DNA of 64,000 nucleotides, taken from the NCBI GenBank assembly GCA_963667015.2, contig CAXXJJ010000001.1:2112001-2176000 (forward strand), given 5' to 3'. This document shows, piece by piece, positions 1-11,093 of the stretch. The DNA is from Desulfatiglandales bacterium. GTDB lineage: Bacteria; Desulfobacterota; DSM-4660; Desulfatiglandales; HGW-15. The translations under genes were made by a program, and so were the position numbers. The notes under the pieces were generated by a model, which saw only the letters and a list, made by a program, of their open reading frames with translations, did no database searches and was not told the origin of the DNA. Numbering within the stretch: position 1 is the first letter of the stretch; the number at the start of each line of letters is the position of its first letter.

Positions 1-2
1 CC

Positions 3-644
3 CATTATTCAGGCGATGACGCCCTTATAGAGGCCTTTCAAAAGGGCCAGGATATTCATTCACGCACTGCATCTGAAATACTTGGTGTTGCAATAGATGA
101 TGTTACCGGAGACATGAGGCGAATAGCCAAGGCAATAAATTTCGGTATCATATATGGCATGGGCGCTAAAAAACTGGCAGATGAACTGAACATAGATAAC
201 AAAACCGCCAAGGAATATATAGAATCATATTATGACCGCTACAAAGGCGTTGTAAGGTACAGGGAAGCTATGGCCGGGCAGGCCAGGGAGCAGGGGTATG
301 TTACAACACTTTTTAACCGCAGGAGGTATCTTCCTGAAATTAATAGCGACAATAACAGGATTAAGGCAGATGCAGAGCGTATTGCTATTAATACTCCCAT
401 ACAGGGAACGGCTGCTGATCTGATTAAAATGGCAATGATCAACATTTATTCAAAGCTGAAAAACGGAGGATACAAAACCCGTATGCTGATACAGGTTCAT
501 GATGAGCTTGTTTTTGAGGTGCCTGAAGATGAAATAGATATAATGCAGGAGCTTCTTAAGAAAGAAATGGAGGACGTCCATAAACTCAACGTCCCCCTTA
601 AGGTCGAGTCCGGTTATGGTAAAAACTGGGATGAGGCCCATTGA
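3..644 (+). CDS. polA: DNA polymerase I, C-terminal part (5' end outside window)
   Basis: Open frame from nt 3 (HYSGDDALIEAFQKGQDIHSRTA...), with family A polymerase motifs RRIAKAINFGIIYG, INTPIQGTAAD and QVHDELVFE. Confidence 0.97.
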   Translation, partial: HYSGDDALIEAFQKGQDIHSRTASEILGVAIDDVTGDMRRIAKAINFGIIYGMGAKKLADELNIDNKTAKEYIESYYDRYKGVVRYREAMAGQAREQGYVTTLFNRRRYLPEINSDNNRIKADAERIAINTPIQGTAADLIKMAMINIYSKLKNGGYKTRMLIQVHDELVFEVPEDEIDIMQELLKKEMEDVHKLNVPLKVESGYGKNWDEAH

Positions 645-772
645 TCATGTTTTTATAGAGGCTTTAGGTTGGTAGAAAATATCTGAAAACAGGTTGAAGC
701 ATTTTAGTCTGAAGGCTGATAGGGCGTTCGTTGCATTATGTAGGAAAAGCAACTGTTTCAGGTCTTTACTTT

Positions 773-2371
773 TTACAGATGCTCTACAGCAGCCTTTTCT
801 ATTGCCAGGCCCTTGTGATAACGTTCAAAGAATTTTTCAAAACCCTTCACGTCTTTAGGTTCAGGGCTGACGGCCTCCTGCATGCTGCCTTCAAAGACAT
901 GTGACAGAAAATCCGGCAGGGTAATGTTTTTATCTTTTCTCACCATAAAGGCTGCCAGCAGTGCCATACCCCAGGCTCCGCCTTCTCCGGCGGTTTTAAG
1001 GGTGGAAACAGGAGTTCCTGTCGCTGCGGCCATGATTTTTTCCCCGACTCCCGGGGATTTGAAAAAACCGCCATGTCCTCTTATCTCATCCACCTTTACG
1101 CCTTCATCATTAAACAGCACATTAAGTCCAGTACGAAGGGCACACAGGGCGGTGAACAGGTGGGTGCGCATAAAATTGGCAAGGTTAAAACGGCCTTCCG
1201 GTGAACGGACGAACAGGGGACGGCCTTCGGTAAATCCGGTAATGTGTTCACCGGAAACATATCCGAAACTCAAAAGACCTCCACCGTCAGGATCTCCCTT
1301 GAGTGCCTGCTGAAGAAGTGTACCGTAGAGATCGTTTTTGGATACACCTTTGCCCAGTGCTTCCAGGGCCTCTCCGAATAGATTGATCCAGGCATCGTAG
1401 TCGGAGCTGCAGTTGTTTGAGTGGGCCATACCTACAAGATTTCCGTCCGGTGTGGTGACCAGGTCCACTTCATGGTGGGCCTTTTTCAGGTCCTTTTCCA
1501 GCACGATCATTGCAAACACGGATGTCCCTGCTGATACGTTTCCTGTCCTTACTGCCACGCTGTTGGTTGCTGCCATACCCGTGCCCGCGTCGCCCTCGGG
1601 CGGACACACAGGAACACCAGCCTTAAGTGTGCCTGAAGGGTCAAGCAGAAGTGCTCCTTCGCCTGTAAGCACACCTCCATTCTCTCCGGCGAGAAGAACT
1701 TCCGGAAGGATATTTTTAAGTTTCCAGTCAAAACCCTTATCCCTGATATGTTTATCAAAGAGTGTGCACATATTCATGTCAAAGTCACTTGTTTTGAGAT
1801 CAATGGGAAACATGCCCGAGGCATCCCCGATACCTATCACTTTTTGCCCGGTGAGTTTCCAGTGAATATAGCCCGCCAGGGTGGTCATAAAGGCGACATC
1901 CCTGACATGCTCCTCGCCGTTCAGAACAGACTGGTAAAGGTGGGCAATGCTCCAGCGCTGGGGAACGGGATAATTAAAGAGTCCGGTCAGCTCTTCTGAG
2001 GCAGGCCCGGTTATATTGTTCCGCCAGGTCCTGAATGGCGTTAACAGGTTGTCTTCTTTGTCAAAAACCATATAACCGTGCATCATGGCGCTGAAACCCA
2101 GGCCTTTGATGCTGTTCAGGGTTACCCCGTATGTTTCCTGAACATCCCGTGCCAGGTCTGCATAACAGGCCTGAAGACCTTCCCATACCTGTTCCAGGGG
2201 ATAGGTCCATATCCCGTCGGTCAGGGAGTTCTCCCAGTCGAATCCTCCGGATGCCAGAGGGTTGTGATCTTCCCCGATCAGGACAGCCTTGATCCGGGTG
2301 GAACCCAATTCAATGCCCAGTACGGCTTCTCCGCCTTCAATCATTGATGCAGTTTTTGTGTCTGTTTTCAT
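773..2371 (-). CDS. araB: FGGY-family sugar kinase, probable L-ribulokinase (AraB-type)
   Basis: [11 protein letters not shown] phosphate loop, [15 protein letters not shown]; next to araD/araA; ATG at 2371 has AGGA upstream (2377 is an alternative start). Confidence 0.8.
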   Translation of the reverse strand: MKTDTKTASMIEGGEAVLGIELGSTRIKAVLIGEDHNPLASGGFDWENSLTDGIWTYPLEQVWEGLQACYADLARDVQETYGVTLNSIKGLGFSAMMHGYMVFDKEDNLLTPFRTWRNNITGPASEELTGLFNYPVPQRWSIAHLYQSVLNGEEHVRDVAFMTTLAGYIHWKLTGQKVIGIGDASGMFPIDLKTSDFDMNMCTLFDKHIRDKGFDWKLKNILPEVLLAGENGGVLTGEGALLLDPSGTLKAGVPVCPPEGDAGTGMAATNSVAVRTGNVSAGTSVFAMIVLEKDLKKAHHEVDLVTTPDGNLVGMAHSNNCSSDYDAWINLFGEALEALGKGVSKNDLYGTLLQQALKGDPDGGGLLSFGYVSGEHITGFTEGRPLFVRSPEGRFNLANFMRTHLFTALCALRTGLNVLFNDEGVKVDEIRGHGGFFKSPGVGEKIMAAATGTPVSTLKTAGEGGAWGMALLAAFMVRKDKNITLPDFLSHVFEGSMQEAVSPEPKDVKGFEKFFERYHKGLAIEKAAVEHL

Positions 2372-2394
2372 TGTCATGTCCTGGATATTTTTTT

Positions 2395-2410
2395 GCGTTA
2401 ACGATAACGC
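2395..2410. promoter_or_regulatory. LacI-type operator 1 (GCGTTAACGATAACGC), just downstream of the leftward promoter
   Basis: One-mismatch copy of the palindrome at 2512-2531; central CG is typical of LacI operators. Confidence 0.75.
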
Positions 2411-2411
2411 G

Positions 2412-2440
2412 ATTTTATTAAAGTGTCCTGTTTTTGTCAA
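2412..2440 (-). promoter_or_regulatory. sigma70-type promoter for the kinase gene (TTGACA-N17-TAAAAT)
   Basis: Reverse complement reads ttgaca aaaacaggacactttaa taaaat. Confidence 0.7.
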
Positions 2441-2484
2441 TTATATCTTTTAGATAGATCAGGTAACTCTCCGGTTTAAAATAA

Positions 2485-2513
2485 TTGACAGTAAAACATT
2501 GAGATAATATACT
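2485..2513 (+). promoter_or_regulatory. sigma70-type promoter for the lacI-araD operon (TTGACA-N17-TATACT)
   Basis: ttgaca 2485-2490, 17-nt spacer, tatact 2508-2513. Confidence 0.75.
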
Positions 2514-2531
2514 GCGTTATCGATAACGCAG
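2512..2531. promoter_or_regulatory. LacI-type operator 2, perfect 20-bp palindrome CTGCGTTATCGATAACGCAG
   Basis: Perfect palindrome over the predicted +1, directly upstream of the LacI-family gene. Confidence 0.8.
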
Positions 2532-2546
2532 AAAGCCAGAGAATCC

Positions 2547-3614
2547 ATGACAACCATGAAAGATATCGCTGAAACCGTTGGTATTTCTATCGGTACAGTG
2601 GACAGGATAATCCATAAAAGGGGACGTTACTCGGAAAAGACTGCCGAACAGGTTCGGAAGGTCATGAAGGAGCTTAACTACATCCCCAACATCCATGCCA
2701 GGGGTCTGAAACAGACAAAAAAGCATATTTTTGGTGTTGTTGTTCCTCTCCGGGACCAGGACGGCGGGTACTGGCGCCTTGTAGAAGAAGGAATCCTGAA
2801 GGCCGCAGGAGAAATTGTCTCCTTTGGAAACGATATCAGGATCTTTCCCTTTGATCGTCACTCTTCGGCATCCTGCATTGATGCCCTTTCCCGTGCCCTC
2901 TCTTCTGATGCGGAAGGACTTCTAATTGCACCATGCCGTCCGAATGATATGAAGGGACTCCTTGAGCAGGCAGATATCCCCTATATTCTTATTGATACGG
3001 ATATTCCGGATCTCAATCGCCGAACCGCATACATTGGACAGGAATCCCGCCAGAGCGGCATACTGTCCGGAAAACTGATGGGGCTGCTTATTAAGGGGAG
3101 AACTGCAACGGACAAGGCCCCCTATGTTCTTGTTGTCGATCCTCCGGGCAGCAATTATCACCTCAATAAACGGATCGAGGGATTCCGCTGTTATATGGGT
3201 GCGGTCATGCCCGAAATTAAACTCATGACAATAAAGGCAGAGGTTGATGATGAACATCACTTCCACGGCATGCTGGAAGAATTCTGCCTGAATAACACAC
3301 AGCTTCCATGCGGGATATTTGCGGCAAACTCTTCTGTCTACTACATTGCCTCCTTTCTTGAAAAAAAAGGAGATGAATACACATCCATTCCACTGGTCGG
3401 ATACGATATAATCCCCGACAGGGAACCTGCAGTAGAGAAGGGGACCATAGATTTTATCCTGACACAGCAGCCGGAGGTCCAGGGCTACCGGGGCATCATC
3501 ATGCTCTATGACCATATTGTACTTAAGAAAGAGATCAGTAAAGAGGTTATAATGCCTCTTAATATTATAACCAGAGAAAACATACATACCTTCACGGGTT
3601 ACATGAACAATTGA
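2547..3614 (+). CDS. LacI-family transcriptional regulator (probable arabinose regulator)
   Basis: N-terminal TMKDIAETVGISIGTVDR HTH, YIPNIHARGL hinge, sugar-binding domain. Confidence 0.92.
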   Translation: MTTMKDIAETVGISIGTVDRIIHKRGRYSEKTAEQVRKVMKELNYIPNIHARGLKQTKKHIFGVVVPLRDQDGGYWRLVEEGILKAAGEIVSFGNDIRIFPFDRHSSASCIDALSRALSSDAEGLLIAPCRPNDMKGLLEQADIPYILIDTDIPDLNRRTAYIGQESRQSGILSGKLMGLLIKGRTATDKAPYVLVVDPPGSNYHLNKRIEGFRCYMGAVMPEIKLMTIKAEVDDEHHFHGMLEEFCLNNTQLPCGIFAANSSVYYIASFLEKKGDEYTSIPLVGYDIIPDREPAVEKGTIDFILTQQPEVQGYRGIIMLYDHIVLKKEISKEVIMPLNIITRENIHTFTGYMNN

Positions 3615-3633
3615 CCCTGTCAGGGGAGGAAAA

Positions 3634-4353
3634 ATGAGTAAATTTGATGAACTGAAAGAGAAGTGCTGGAAGGCCAATATGGAGATCCCCAGGCAGAAAC
3701 TGGCCATATACACCTTCGGCAATGTAAGCGCCCTGGATCCCTCGGAGGGCATCTTTGCCATTAAGCCCAGCGGCGTTCCCTATGATGGCATGAAGCCTGA
3801 AGATATGGTTATTGTGGATCTTGAGGGAAAAAAGGTGGAGGGAAAGATGAACCCTTCCTCTGATACACCGACACACGCCGTGCTCTACAGCTCTTTATCC
3901 GGTATTTACAGTATCGTACACGCGCATTCTGCCTATGCAGTGGCATGGGCACAGGCCTGCCGTCCGATCCCCATTTACGGCACTACCCACGCTGACCACC
4001 TGGCAGGAGACATACCTGTTACCGAAGTGATGAGTGATGAAATGATAAAGGGGCAGTACGAAGAGCAGACCGGTTTTCAGATAGTAAACGCTCTGAAAGA
4101 TAAAAATCTCTCTCCTCAGGATGTGCAGATGATCCTGGTCGCATGTCATGGACCCTTTACCTGGGGCGCGACCCCTGATAAGGCGGTCTACAATGCGGTG
4201 GTACTGGAAGAGATAGCTAGAATGGCATATATCACGGAGCAGGTGAATCCTGATATTAAACGAATGAAGGATTCCCTGATCAGCAAGCATTATGACAGAA
4301 AACACGGGAAAGATGCCTATTACGGGCAAGTTAATTCACCAGAGGAGGGTTAG
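3634..4353 (+). CDS. araD: L-ribulose-5-phosphate 4-epimerase
   Basis: TFGNVS, IKPSGVPY, PSSDTPTH, GTTHAD, HGPFTWG, HYDRKHGKDAYYGQ. Confidence 0.96.
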   Translation: MSKFDELKEKCWKANMEIPRQKLAIYTFGNVSALDPSEGIFAIKPSGVPYDGMKPEDMVIVDLEGKKVEGKMNPSSDTPTHAVLYSSLSGIYSIVHAHSAYAVAWAQACRPIPIYGTTHADHLAGDIPVTEVMSDEMIKGQYEEQTGFQIVNALKDKNLSPQDVQMILVACHGPFTWGATPDKAVYNAVVLEEIARMAYITEQVNPDIKRMKDSLISKHYDRKHGKDAYYGQVNSPEEG

Positions 4354-4354
4354 T

Positions 4355-6321
4355 ATGAAAAACATCTTTGTCAGTCTTTTAACAACATGCCTTTTAGTAA
4401 CTTCGGTTGCATGCGCCGAAACAGTGACTGTAAAACTTGACCTTGAAAAAAGGGGGGAGGATATCAACCCCCTTATTTACGGCCAGTTTATCGAACACCT
4501 TGGGCGCTGTATATACGGCGGTATCTGGGCAGAGATGCTTGAGGACCGCAAATTTTATTTTCCGGTTACCGGCAGCTACGCGCCTTATGTGGATCTCAAG
4601 GATACCGATTTTCCGGTGGTAGGCGCGTCTCCATGGGAGATTCCTGAGTGATGCATCACTTGTTGAAATGGTCAAAAAAGATTCATTTGTGGGTGACCAT
4701 ACACCACTCCTTAAAAAGGGAGCGGCCATAGCACAGCATGACCTGGGTGTTGTTTCAGGCAAAGAGTATACAGGTTATATCTGGCTGAAACCGGGCACCG
4801 GAAAAAGGGCAGAGGTCAAGGTCTCTCTTTTATTTGGCAATGGAAAGGGTGAAAGCAGCACAATATCGGTGGACAGCGGAGACTATAAAAAGACCGCCTT
4901 CACCTTCAAGGCATCCGAAAGCACTGATAAGGCCACGCTCAGGATTGAAGCCATCGATGGTGATGTTTTTGTGGGCACTGTATCTCTTATGCCGGGTGAC
5001 AATATCAATGGAATGAGGAAAGGATACAATTGCACTTTTAAAGGAGCTTAATGCTCCCCTGTACCGCTGGCCCGGCGGAAACTTTACAAGCGGATACGAG
5101 TGGCGCGACGGTATCGGTGACAGGGACCGCAGGCCTCCGCGTAAAAACCCTGCATGGACAGGGGTGGAGCATAATGATTTCGGAACGGATGAGTTTATTG
5201 CCTTCTGCCGCCTGATAGGCACTGAACCGATGATAGCAGCCAACACAGGTTTCGGGGATGCGCACTCCGCCGCCGAATGGGTGGACTACTGTAATTCAGG
5301 AAAAGATACCACTGGCGGTAAATATCGAATAGCAAACGGCCACGAAAAACCCTTTAACGTGAAATACTGGTGTGTTGGCAACGAAATGTTCGGCGACTGG
5401 CAGCTGGGTTTTATGCAGCTCAAACAATACACAAACAAACACAACATGGTTGCAAGGGCGATGTGGGAGGCAGACAGTGATCTTGTACTTGTTGGAGTGG
5501 GGAGTATAGATACGATTAATAAGGCATTTGATCCGGATTCGGCACAGCGTAACCGCACCTGGTCCAGGGGAATGCTTGAAGACAGTGCTGATTATATGAA
5601 CCTCATATCCGAACATTTTTATGTGGGCCGTGTACCATGGAGCCAGGATGGGCGTAAACCTGTTCTTGAACATGTAGTCCTGGCCAAGAATCAGATACGG
5701 GAACGCGTAGAGTTGCATAAGAAGCTCCAGGCATCAATTGAAAGTCTTAAAGGCCGCTTTGTGCCCATTACAATGGATGAGTGGAATTACTGGCACCGTG
5801 ATTATGTGTATGGGGAGCTGGGCTGCATCTACGATCTTCAGGACGCACTCGGTATTGCCATGGGCCTCCATGAATATTACCGCCAGACAAAGTATATCCA
5901 TGCTGCAAACTATGCGCAGACAGTAAATGTAATCGGTGCAATCAAGACTACAAAGACGAATGCCGAGTTTGAATCAACCGGCCTTGTACTGAAGCTTTAC
6001 AGAAATCATTTCGGATCAAAGCCCCTCAAGTTTGAGGGAGAAATAGACAACCTCGATATCATGGCCGCACTTAATGATTCAGGTGATATACTCACAGTAA
6101 GCATGATCAATCCTACTGATAAGGAAGTCACACTGAACCTTGAAGGTATTAAACTGCCATCAAAGGCAGTGCAGTATGTGATTACAGGTGAGAAGGATTC
6201 ATCATACAATGCCCCTGGAAAGAAGCGGGGAGTTGATATCCATGATATGGGTAAAGTGTCTGTTAAAAAAGGCCTGAAGGCTGGTCCCCTCAGTGCTAAC
6301 CTGTGGGAGATACCGCTTTAA
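4355..6321 (+). pseudogene. Secreted GH51 alpha-L-arabinofuranosidase split by two +1 frameshifts (near 4641 and 5020); pseudogene or sequencing error
   Basis: Signal peptide and IYGQFIEHLGRCIYGGIWAE in the first frame; shifted frames continue WEILSDASLVEM and GMRKDTIALLKELNAPLYRWPGGN, then WCVGNE and DEWNYW catalytic motifs. Confidence 0.85.
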
Positions 6322-6454
6322 GTCAGGGGATATGTTGAAATGGTTCAGCCGGATTGTTATACTCCGTTTCGCAAAACGGGATCAGGCTGATGCTGTAAGT
6401 TATATAAATAAAAAGATAATATATTGATAAAATTTTACCATTAAGGGAGGTCAT

Positions 6455-7414
6455 ATGAGAAAGATATTCAGAACAGCTGCGGTACTACTTATATCCGCAT
6501 TGACATTATTTGGCTGCGGAAAAGCAGAAAAAGATGACGGCATAATTACTGTAGGATTTTCACAGATCGGTGCGGAAAGCGCATGGAGGGTTGCCAATAC
6601 TGAGTCTATCCAGAGCGAAGCGGAAAAAAGACCCAATATTAAACTGATTTTCTCAGATGGCCAGCAGAAGCAGGAAAACCAGATCAAGGCTATCAGGAAC
6701 TTTATCGCGCAGGGTGTGGATGTGATTGCCTTTTCTCCTGTTGTAGAAACAGGATTCGGGGCAGTTCTGCAGGAGGCCAAAGACGCCGGCATTCCGGTTA
6801 TCCTGATCGACAGGTCCGTGGATGTTCAGGATGATTCTCTATGGGTCGCCTTTATGGGGTCAGACTTTGTAGAGGAAGGAAGACGCGCCGCACGCTGGCT
6901 GATAGAAAAAGGTTACACGGATGTAAAAATCGCAGAGCTTCAGGGAACGGTTGGATCTGCCCCTGCCATTGACAGAAAAAAGGGGTTTGAAGAGGTTATT
7001 GCCGAATATCCCGGCATGAGAATTATTAAGAGCCAGAGCGGCAATTTTACACGTTCAGGCGGAAAAGAGATCATGGAGGCCTTTCTGAAGACCGAAGGCA
7101 AGAACATTGATGTTCTTTTTTCCCATAATGACGATATGGCTATCGGCGCTATCCAGGCAATAGAAGAGTACGGGCTGGTGCCCGGAAAGGATATAATTAT
7201 TGTATCTATTGACGCGGTAAGAGGCGCCTTTGAGGCAATGGTGGAAGGAAAACTTAACTGTACTGTTGAATGCAGCCCACTGCTTGGTCCTCAGCTCTTT
7301 GATGCAGTGGAGGCGTTAAGCAGGGGTGAATCGATTCCTAAAAAAATCGTAACCAAAGAAGGAGTCTTCCCTCAGGAAGTTGCTGCTGATGTAATCGACA
7401 GTAGAAAATATTAG
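6455..7414 (+). CDS. Sugar ABC transporter substrate-binding lipoprotein (YtfQ-like, furanose)
   Basis: Lipobox LFGC; GFSQIGAESAWR, GSDFVEEGRRA, HNDDMAIGAIQA. Confidence 0.9.
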   Translation: MRKIFRTAAVLLISALTLFGCGKAEKDDGIITVGFSQIGAESAWRVANTESIQSEAEKRPNIKLIFSDGQQKQENQIKAIRNFIAQGVDVIAFSPVVETGFGAVLQEAKDAGIPVILIDRSVDVQDDSLWVAFMGSDFVEEGRRAARWLIEKGYTDVKIAELQGTVGSAPAIDRKKGFEEVIAEYPGMRIIKSQSGNFTRSGGKEIMEAFLKTEGKNIDVLFSHNDDMAIGAIQAIEEYGLVPGKDIIIVSIDAVRGAFEAMVEGKLNCTVECSPLLGPQLFDAVEALSRGESIPKKIVTKEGVFPQEVAADVIDSRKY

Positions 7415-7423
7415 GATAGGTTA

Positions 7424-8950
7424 ATGTCCGATTCAAATACTGATCTTCTCGAAATAAGAGGCCTGAGCAAGAGCTTTCCAGGTGTTAAGGCCCTTGATTC
7501 TGTCAACTTCACCCTGAAGCGGGGAGAGATCCATGCGCTGATGGGTGAAAACGGCGCAGGTAAGTCCACACTTATAAAGGTACTTACAGGAGTCCACAAA
7601 AAGGACAGTGGGTATATAAAACTGGAAGGTGAGAATTTTGAGGCATCTTCACCTATGGATGCCGCCCGTAAGGGAATCAGCACCGTATATCAGGAGATAA
7701 ACCTTCTTCCCAATCTTTCGGTTGCGGAAAATATATATATCGGACGCCAGCCCATGAAAATGGGCCGTATTGACTGGAAGACCATAAACAGCGGTGCAGC
7801 AAAGGCCCTTTTAAAACTGGACCTGGACCTGGATGTGACCCTTCCCCTTTCTTCATTTTCCACTGCCATACAGCAGATGGTTGCTATTGCAAGGGCACTG
7901 GATATCAGGGCAAAAATATTGATTCTGGATGAACCTACCTCAAGCCTTGACATGACGGAGTGTAAAAACCTTTTTGCAACAATGCAGAAACTGAAGCAGG
8001 AAGGCATAAGTATTGTATTTATTACACACTTTCTAGACCAGGTGTATGATACATCTGACAGGATTACGGTTTTAAGAAACGGGCAGTTTATCGGTGAATA
8101 TAAAACAGCAGAACTGCCACGTTTTGAACTCATCTCCCGAATGCTTGGTAAAGAACTGGAACAGGAGATGGTGTCTCCGGGCAGCAAAAATGCCAATGAT
8201 ATTTCCGGTAAAAAACCTTTTATGACCCTTAATAAAGTGGAACAAAAGGGGGTTCTTCAGCCATTTGACCTGGAAATGCGGGAAGGAGAAATCCTGGGCC
8301 TTGCAGGACTTCTGGGTTCAGGAAGGACAGAGACGGCCAGGCTTCTCTTTGGTATAGAAAAACCCACCTCGGGAACAGTAAAAATAGATGATAACCCGGT
8401 CAGCATTAACACTCCGAAACAGGCAATAGACAAGTCCATTGCCTTCTGCCCTGAAGACAGGAAAACAGAGGGAATAATTCCGGATCTGACAGTCAGGGAA
8501 AATATTATTCTTCCGCTTCAGGCCAAAAAAAGTTTTTTAAAGGGAATCACACGCAGGGAGCAGGAAAAAATTACAGACCGCTTTATTGATCTCTTGAAAA
8601 TAAAGGTGTCTGACAGGGAGCAGAAGGCGGGAACCCTGAGCGGGGGAAACCAGCAGAAATTGATCCTTGCCAGATGGATGGCCATGAATCCCCGGCTTTT
8701 GATACTGGATGAACCTACACGTGGTATCGATGTAGGAGCTAAAGCTGAAATTGAAAAACTGATATTCCGATTGAAAGAGGAGGGCCGCAGCGTGCTGTTT
8801 ATTTCATCGGAGCTGGAAGAAATCGTTCACAGCTGCAGCCGTGTTGCCATACTGAAGGATAGAAAAAAAATTGGAGAGCTGTCCGGGGATGACATATCGG
8901 AAGAAAATATCATGAAGACACTGGCCCGGGAAGGCAGGTCTGATATATGA
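7424..8950 (+). CDS. Sugar ABC transporter ATP-binding protein (YtfR-like, two ABC domains)
   Basis: GENGAGKST, LDEPT twice, LSGGNQQK. Confidence 0.95.
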   Translation: MSDSNTDLLEIRGLSKSFPGVKALDSVNFTLKRGEIHALMGENGAGKSTLIKVLTGVHKKDSGYIKLEGENFEASSPMDAARKGISTVYQEINLLPNLSVAENIYIGRQPMKMGRIDWKTINSGAAKALLKLDLDLDVTLPLSSFSTAIQQMVAIARALDIRAKILILDEPTSSLDMTECKNLFATMQKLKQEGISIVFITHFLDQVYDTSDRITVLRNGQFIGEYKTAELPRFELISRMLGKELEQEMVSPGSKNANDISGKKPFMTLNKVEQKGVLQPFDLEMREGEILGLAGLLGSGRTETARLLFGIEKPTSGTVKIDDNPVSINTPKQAIDKSIAFCPEDRKTEGIIPDLTVRENIILPLQAKKSFLKGITRREQEKITDRFIDLLKIKVSDREQKAGTLSGGNQQKLILARWMAMNPRLLILDEPTRGIDVGAKAEIEKLIFRLKEEGRSVLFISSELEEIVHSCSRVAILKDRKKIGELSGDDISEENIMKTLAREGRSDI

Positions 8951-10002
8951 CAGATCGTAAAAAGAAAAGATCCCTTATGCAGGCAGGTTCTTCGGAACAG
9001 AACATTCTCTATCCCCTGCTGGCACTTGCCGCCATTCTTTTGTTTAACCTGTTTTTTACAGAAGGATTTTTCAGCATAGAGATAAAAAACGGACATCTGT
9101 TCGGTTCATTGATAGATATATTAAACAGGGGCACACCCATAATGCTGATCTCCATCGGTATGACCCTGGTTTATGCCACCGGCGGAGTAGACCTGTCAGT
9201 GGGGGCAATCATTGCTATCTCGGGCGCCATGGCAGCCCAGCTCATACGTCCGGATTATGTCAAGGGTATACTTGAATACGGCGATCAGACATCTCTTATA
9301 ATCGTGCTGCTCATTCCCCTGGCGCTCTCTTTTATACTGGGGTTATGGAACGGTTTTCTTGTGGCCTATATCGGTGTTCAGCCTATTATCGCCACACTGA
9401 TTCTTATGACCGTCGGGCGCGGAATCGCCCAGCTTATCACCCACGGGCAGATTATAGTGTTTGAGCACCCGACTTTCCAGTACATAGGAAGCGGTTTCTT
9501 TCTCGGGCTGCCCTTTCCCATTATTCTTGTAATTCTTGTCTTTGTCCTCACCTGGGCACTTACCAGGAAAACCTCAATGGGGCTTTTCATTGAGGCATCA
9601 GGCGCCAATGCAAAGGCAAGCCGGTATATGGGCATACAGGTCAGGATGATAAAAACATTTACCTACGGGTTCTCGGGCTTATGCGCGGGGCTGGCAGGCC
9701 TTATAATAACATCGGATATCAAGGCTGCTGATGCCAATAATGCAGGTATATTCATGGAACTTGATGCCATTGCCGCTGTTATTATCGGGGGAACCATCAA
9801 TGGAGGACGCTTTTCCATGGCCGGCGCCATAATTGGTGCACTGATTATTCAGGGTCTTACAACAACTATTATCACGCGGGGTGTTCCGCCCCAGGTTGTG
9901 CTTGTTTTTAAGGCTGCTATCATTATTATTGTAGCTCTTATCCAGTCAGGAAAACTGAGGGATCAGGTTACAAAGTTTATGCATTTTGGAGAAAAGGCAT
10001 AA
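8947..10002 (+). CDS. Sugar ABC transporter permease (YtfT-like)
   Basis: Multi-pass hydrophobic protein; GGVDLSVG, ELDAIAAVIIGGT. Confidence 0.92.
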   Translation: MTDRKKKRSLMQAGSSEQNILYPLLALAAILLFNLFFTEGFFSIEIKNGHLFGSLIDILNRGTPIMLISIGMTLVYATGGVDLSVGAIIAISGAMAAQLIRPDYVKGILEYGDQTSLIIVLLIPLALSFILGLWNGFLVAYIGVQPIIATLILMTVGRGIAQLITHGQIIVFEHPTFQYIGSGFFLGLPFPIILVILVFVLTWALTRKTSMGLFIEASGANAKASRYMGIQVRMIKTFTYGFSGLCAGLAGLIITSDIKAADANNAGIFMELDAIAAVIIGGTINGGRFSMAGAIIGALIIQGLTTTIITRGVPPQVVLVFKAAIIIIVALIQSGKLRDQVTKFMHFGEKA

Positions 10003-10973
10003 TGAAGTTTCACTTGAACCAGAAAAACATACCTCTTCTTGCCACCCTGCTGGTCTTTATCATTTTGTATCTGTCAGGGGCATTTACCTATAGAGGTTTC
10101 TTTTCGCTGCGTGTCTTTGTCAATCTTTTCATTGATAACGCATTTGTGGGCATTATTGCAGTGGGTATGACCTTTGTGATTATCTCAGGCGGGATCGATC
10201 TTTCAGTAGGGTCCCTTGTCGCCTTTACCGGGGTTCTGTCCGCCAATCTGCTGGCCCGAACTGATATGTCTCCCATTATGGTCATCTTCATATGCCTGCT
10301 GTGCGGCGCAGTACTGGGATTTGCCATGGGAAGTTTAATACATTTCCTTAAAATTGAGCCTTTTCTTGTGACACTTGTGGGAATGTTTCTTGCCCGGGGT
10401 CTGTCCTTTATGATCAGTCTTGACTCTGTGCCAATCCGTAATGAGATGTTCCTTGAGATCTCAAAGGCTGCAATTCCTCTTGGAGGCGGTGTAAAGCTGC
10501 CTGCCTATGCGGCAGCCTTTATTGTTATGGTGATTATCGGTGCATGGATTCTTCACTTCACACGATTCGGGCGCAACATATACGCCATAGGAGACAATGA
10601 AAATTCAGCACTTCTCATGGGGCTTCCCGTGGGAAAGACAAAAATTCTTATCTATACGCTCAACAGCACCATCTGTGCCCTGGGCGGGCTTGTCTACTCC
10701 CTTTACACCCTTGCCGGATACCCACTGGCCGGAACAGGCCTGGAGCTGGATGTTATAACTGCTGTTGTTATCGGGGGGACACTGCTCACCGGCGGAATAG
10801 GTTTTGTGGAAGGGACGCTTATCGGGGTTCTTATTCTGGGGCTGATTCAGACCATTATCACCTTTCAGGGAAACCTGAGCACCTGGTGGACAAAGGTCTT
10901 TATCGGTATTCTGCTTTGTCTCTTTATTCTCATGCAGAGGTACCTTTCTGCACGAAGAAAGACAAAAGCCTGA
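10002..10973 (+). CDS. Sugar ABC transporter permease (YjfF-like)
   Basis: GGIDLSVGS, TRFGRNIYAIG, LSTWWTK. Confidence 0.92.
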   Translation: MKFHLNQKNIPLLATLLVFIILYLSGAFTYRGFFSLRVFVNLFIDNAFVGIIAVGMTFVIISGGIDLSVGSLVAFTGVLSANLLARTDMSPIMVIFICLLCGAVLGFAMGSLIHFLKIEPFLVTLVGMFLARGLSFMISLDSVPIRNEMFLEISKAAIPLGGGVKLPAYAAAFIVMVIIGAWILHFTRFGRNIYAIGDNENSALLMGLPVGKTKILIYTLNSTICALGGLVYSLYTLAGYPLAGTGLELDVITAVVIGGTLLTGGIGFVEGTLIGVLILGLIQTIITFQGNLSTWWTKVFIGILLCLFILMQRYLSARRKTKA

Positions 10974-11008
10974 AAACTTGTCTCTCGCAGAGTGTCTATA
11001 AAAACAAA

Positions 11009-11031
11009 GTTCCCACGGGGACCGTGGGAAC
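11009..11031. repeat. Perfect hairpin GTTCCCACGG-GGA-CCGTGGGAAC between convergent genes (REP-like or terminator)
   Basis: 10-bp perfect inverted repeat. Confidence 0.55.
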
Positions 11032-11093
11032 CAGAGGATAAACATTAGATCGCTTTTTGATTTTCTTCGTGTCCTTCGTGGTAAATAAAACAG

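Noticed and set aside
2922..3761. Long antisense ORFs (also 27034-27726, 42555-43205, 44050-44721 and others)
   Set aside because: They overlap well-supported genes on the opposite strand and show no recognisable motifs
4649..4651. TGA in the GH51 gene as a selenocysteine codon
   Set aside because: The family-like sequence continues in a different frame, so this is a frameshift rather than readthrough
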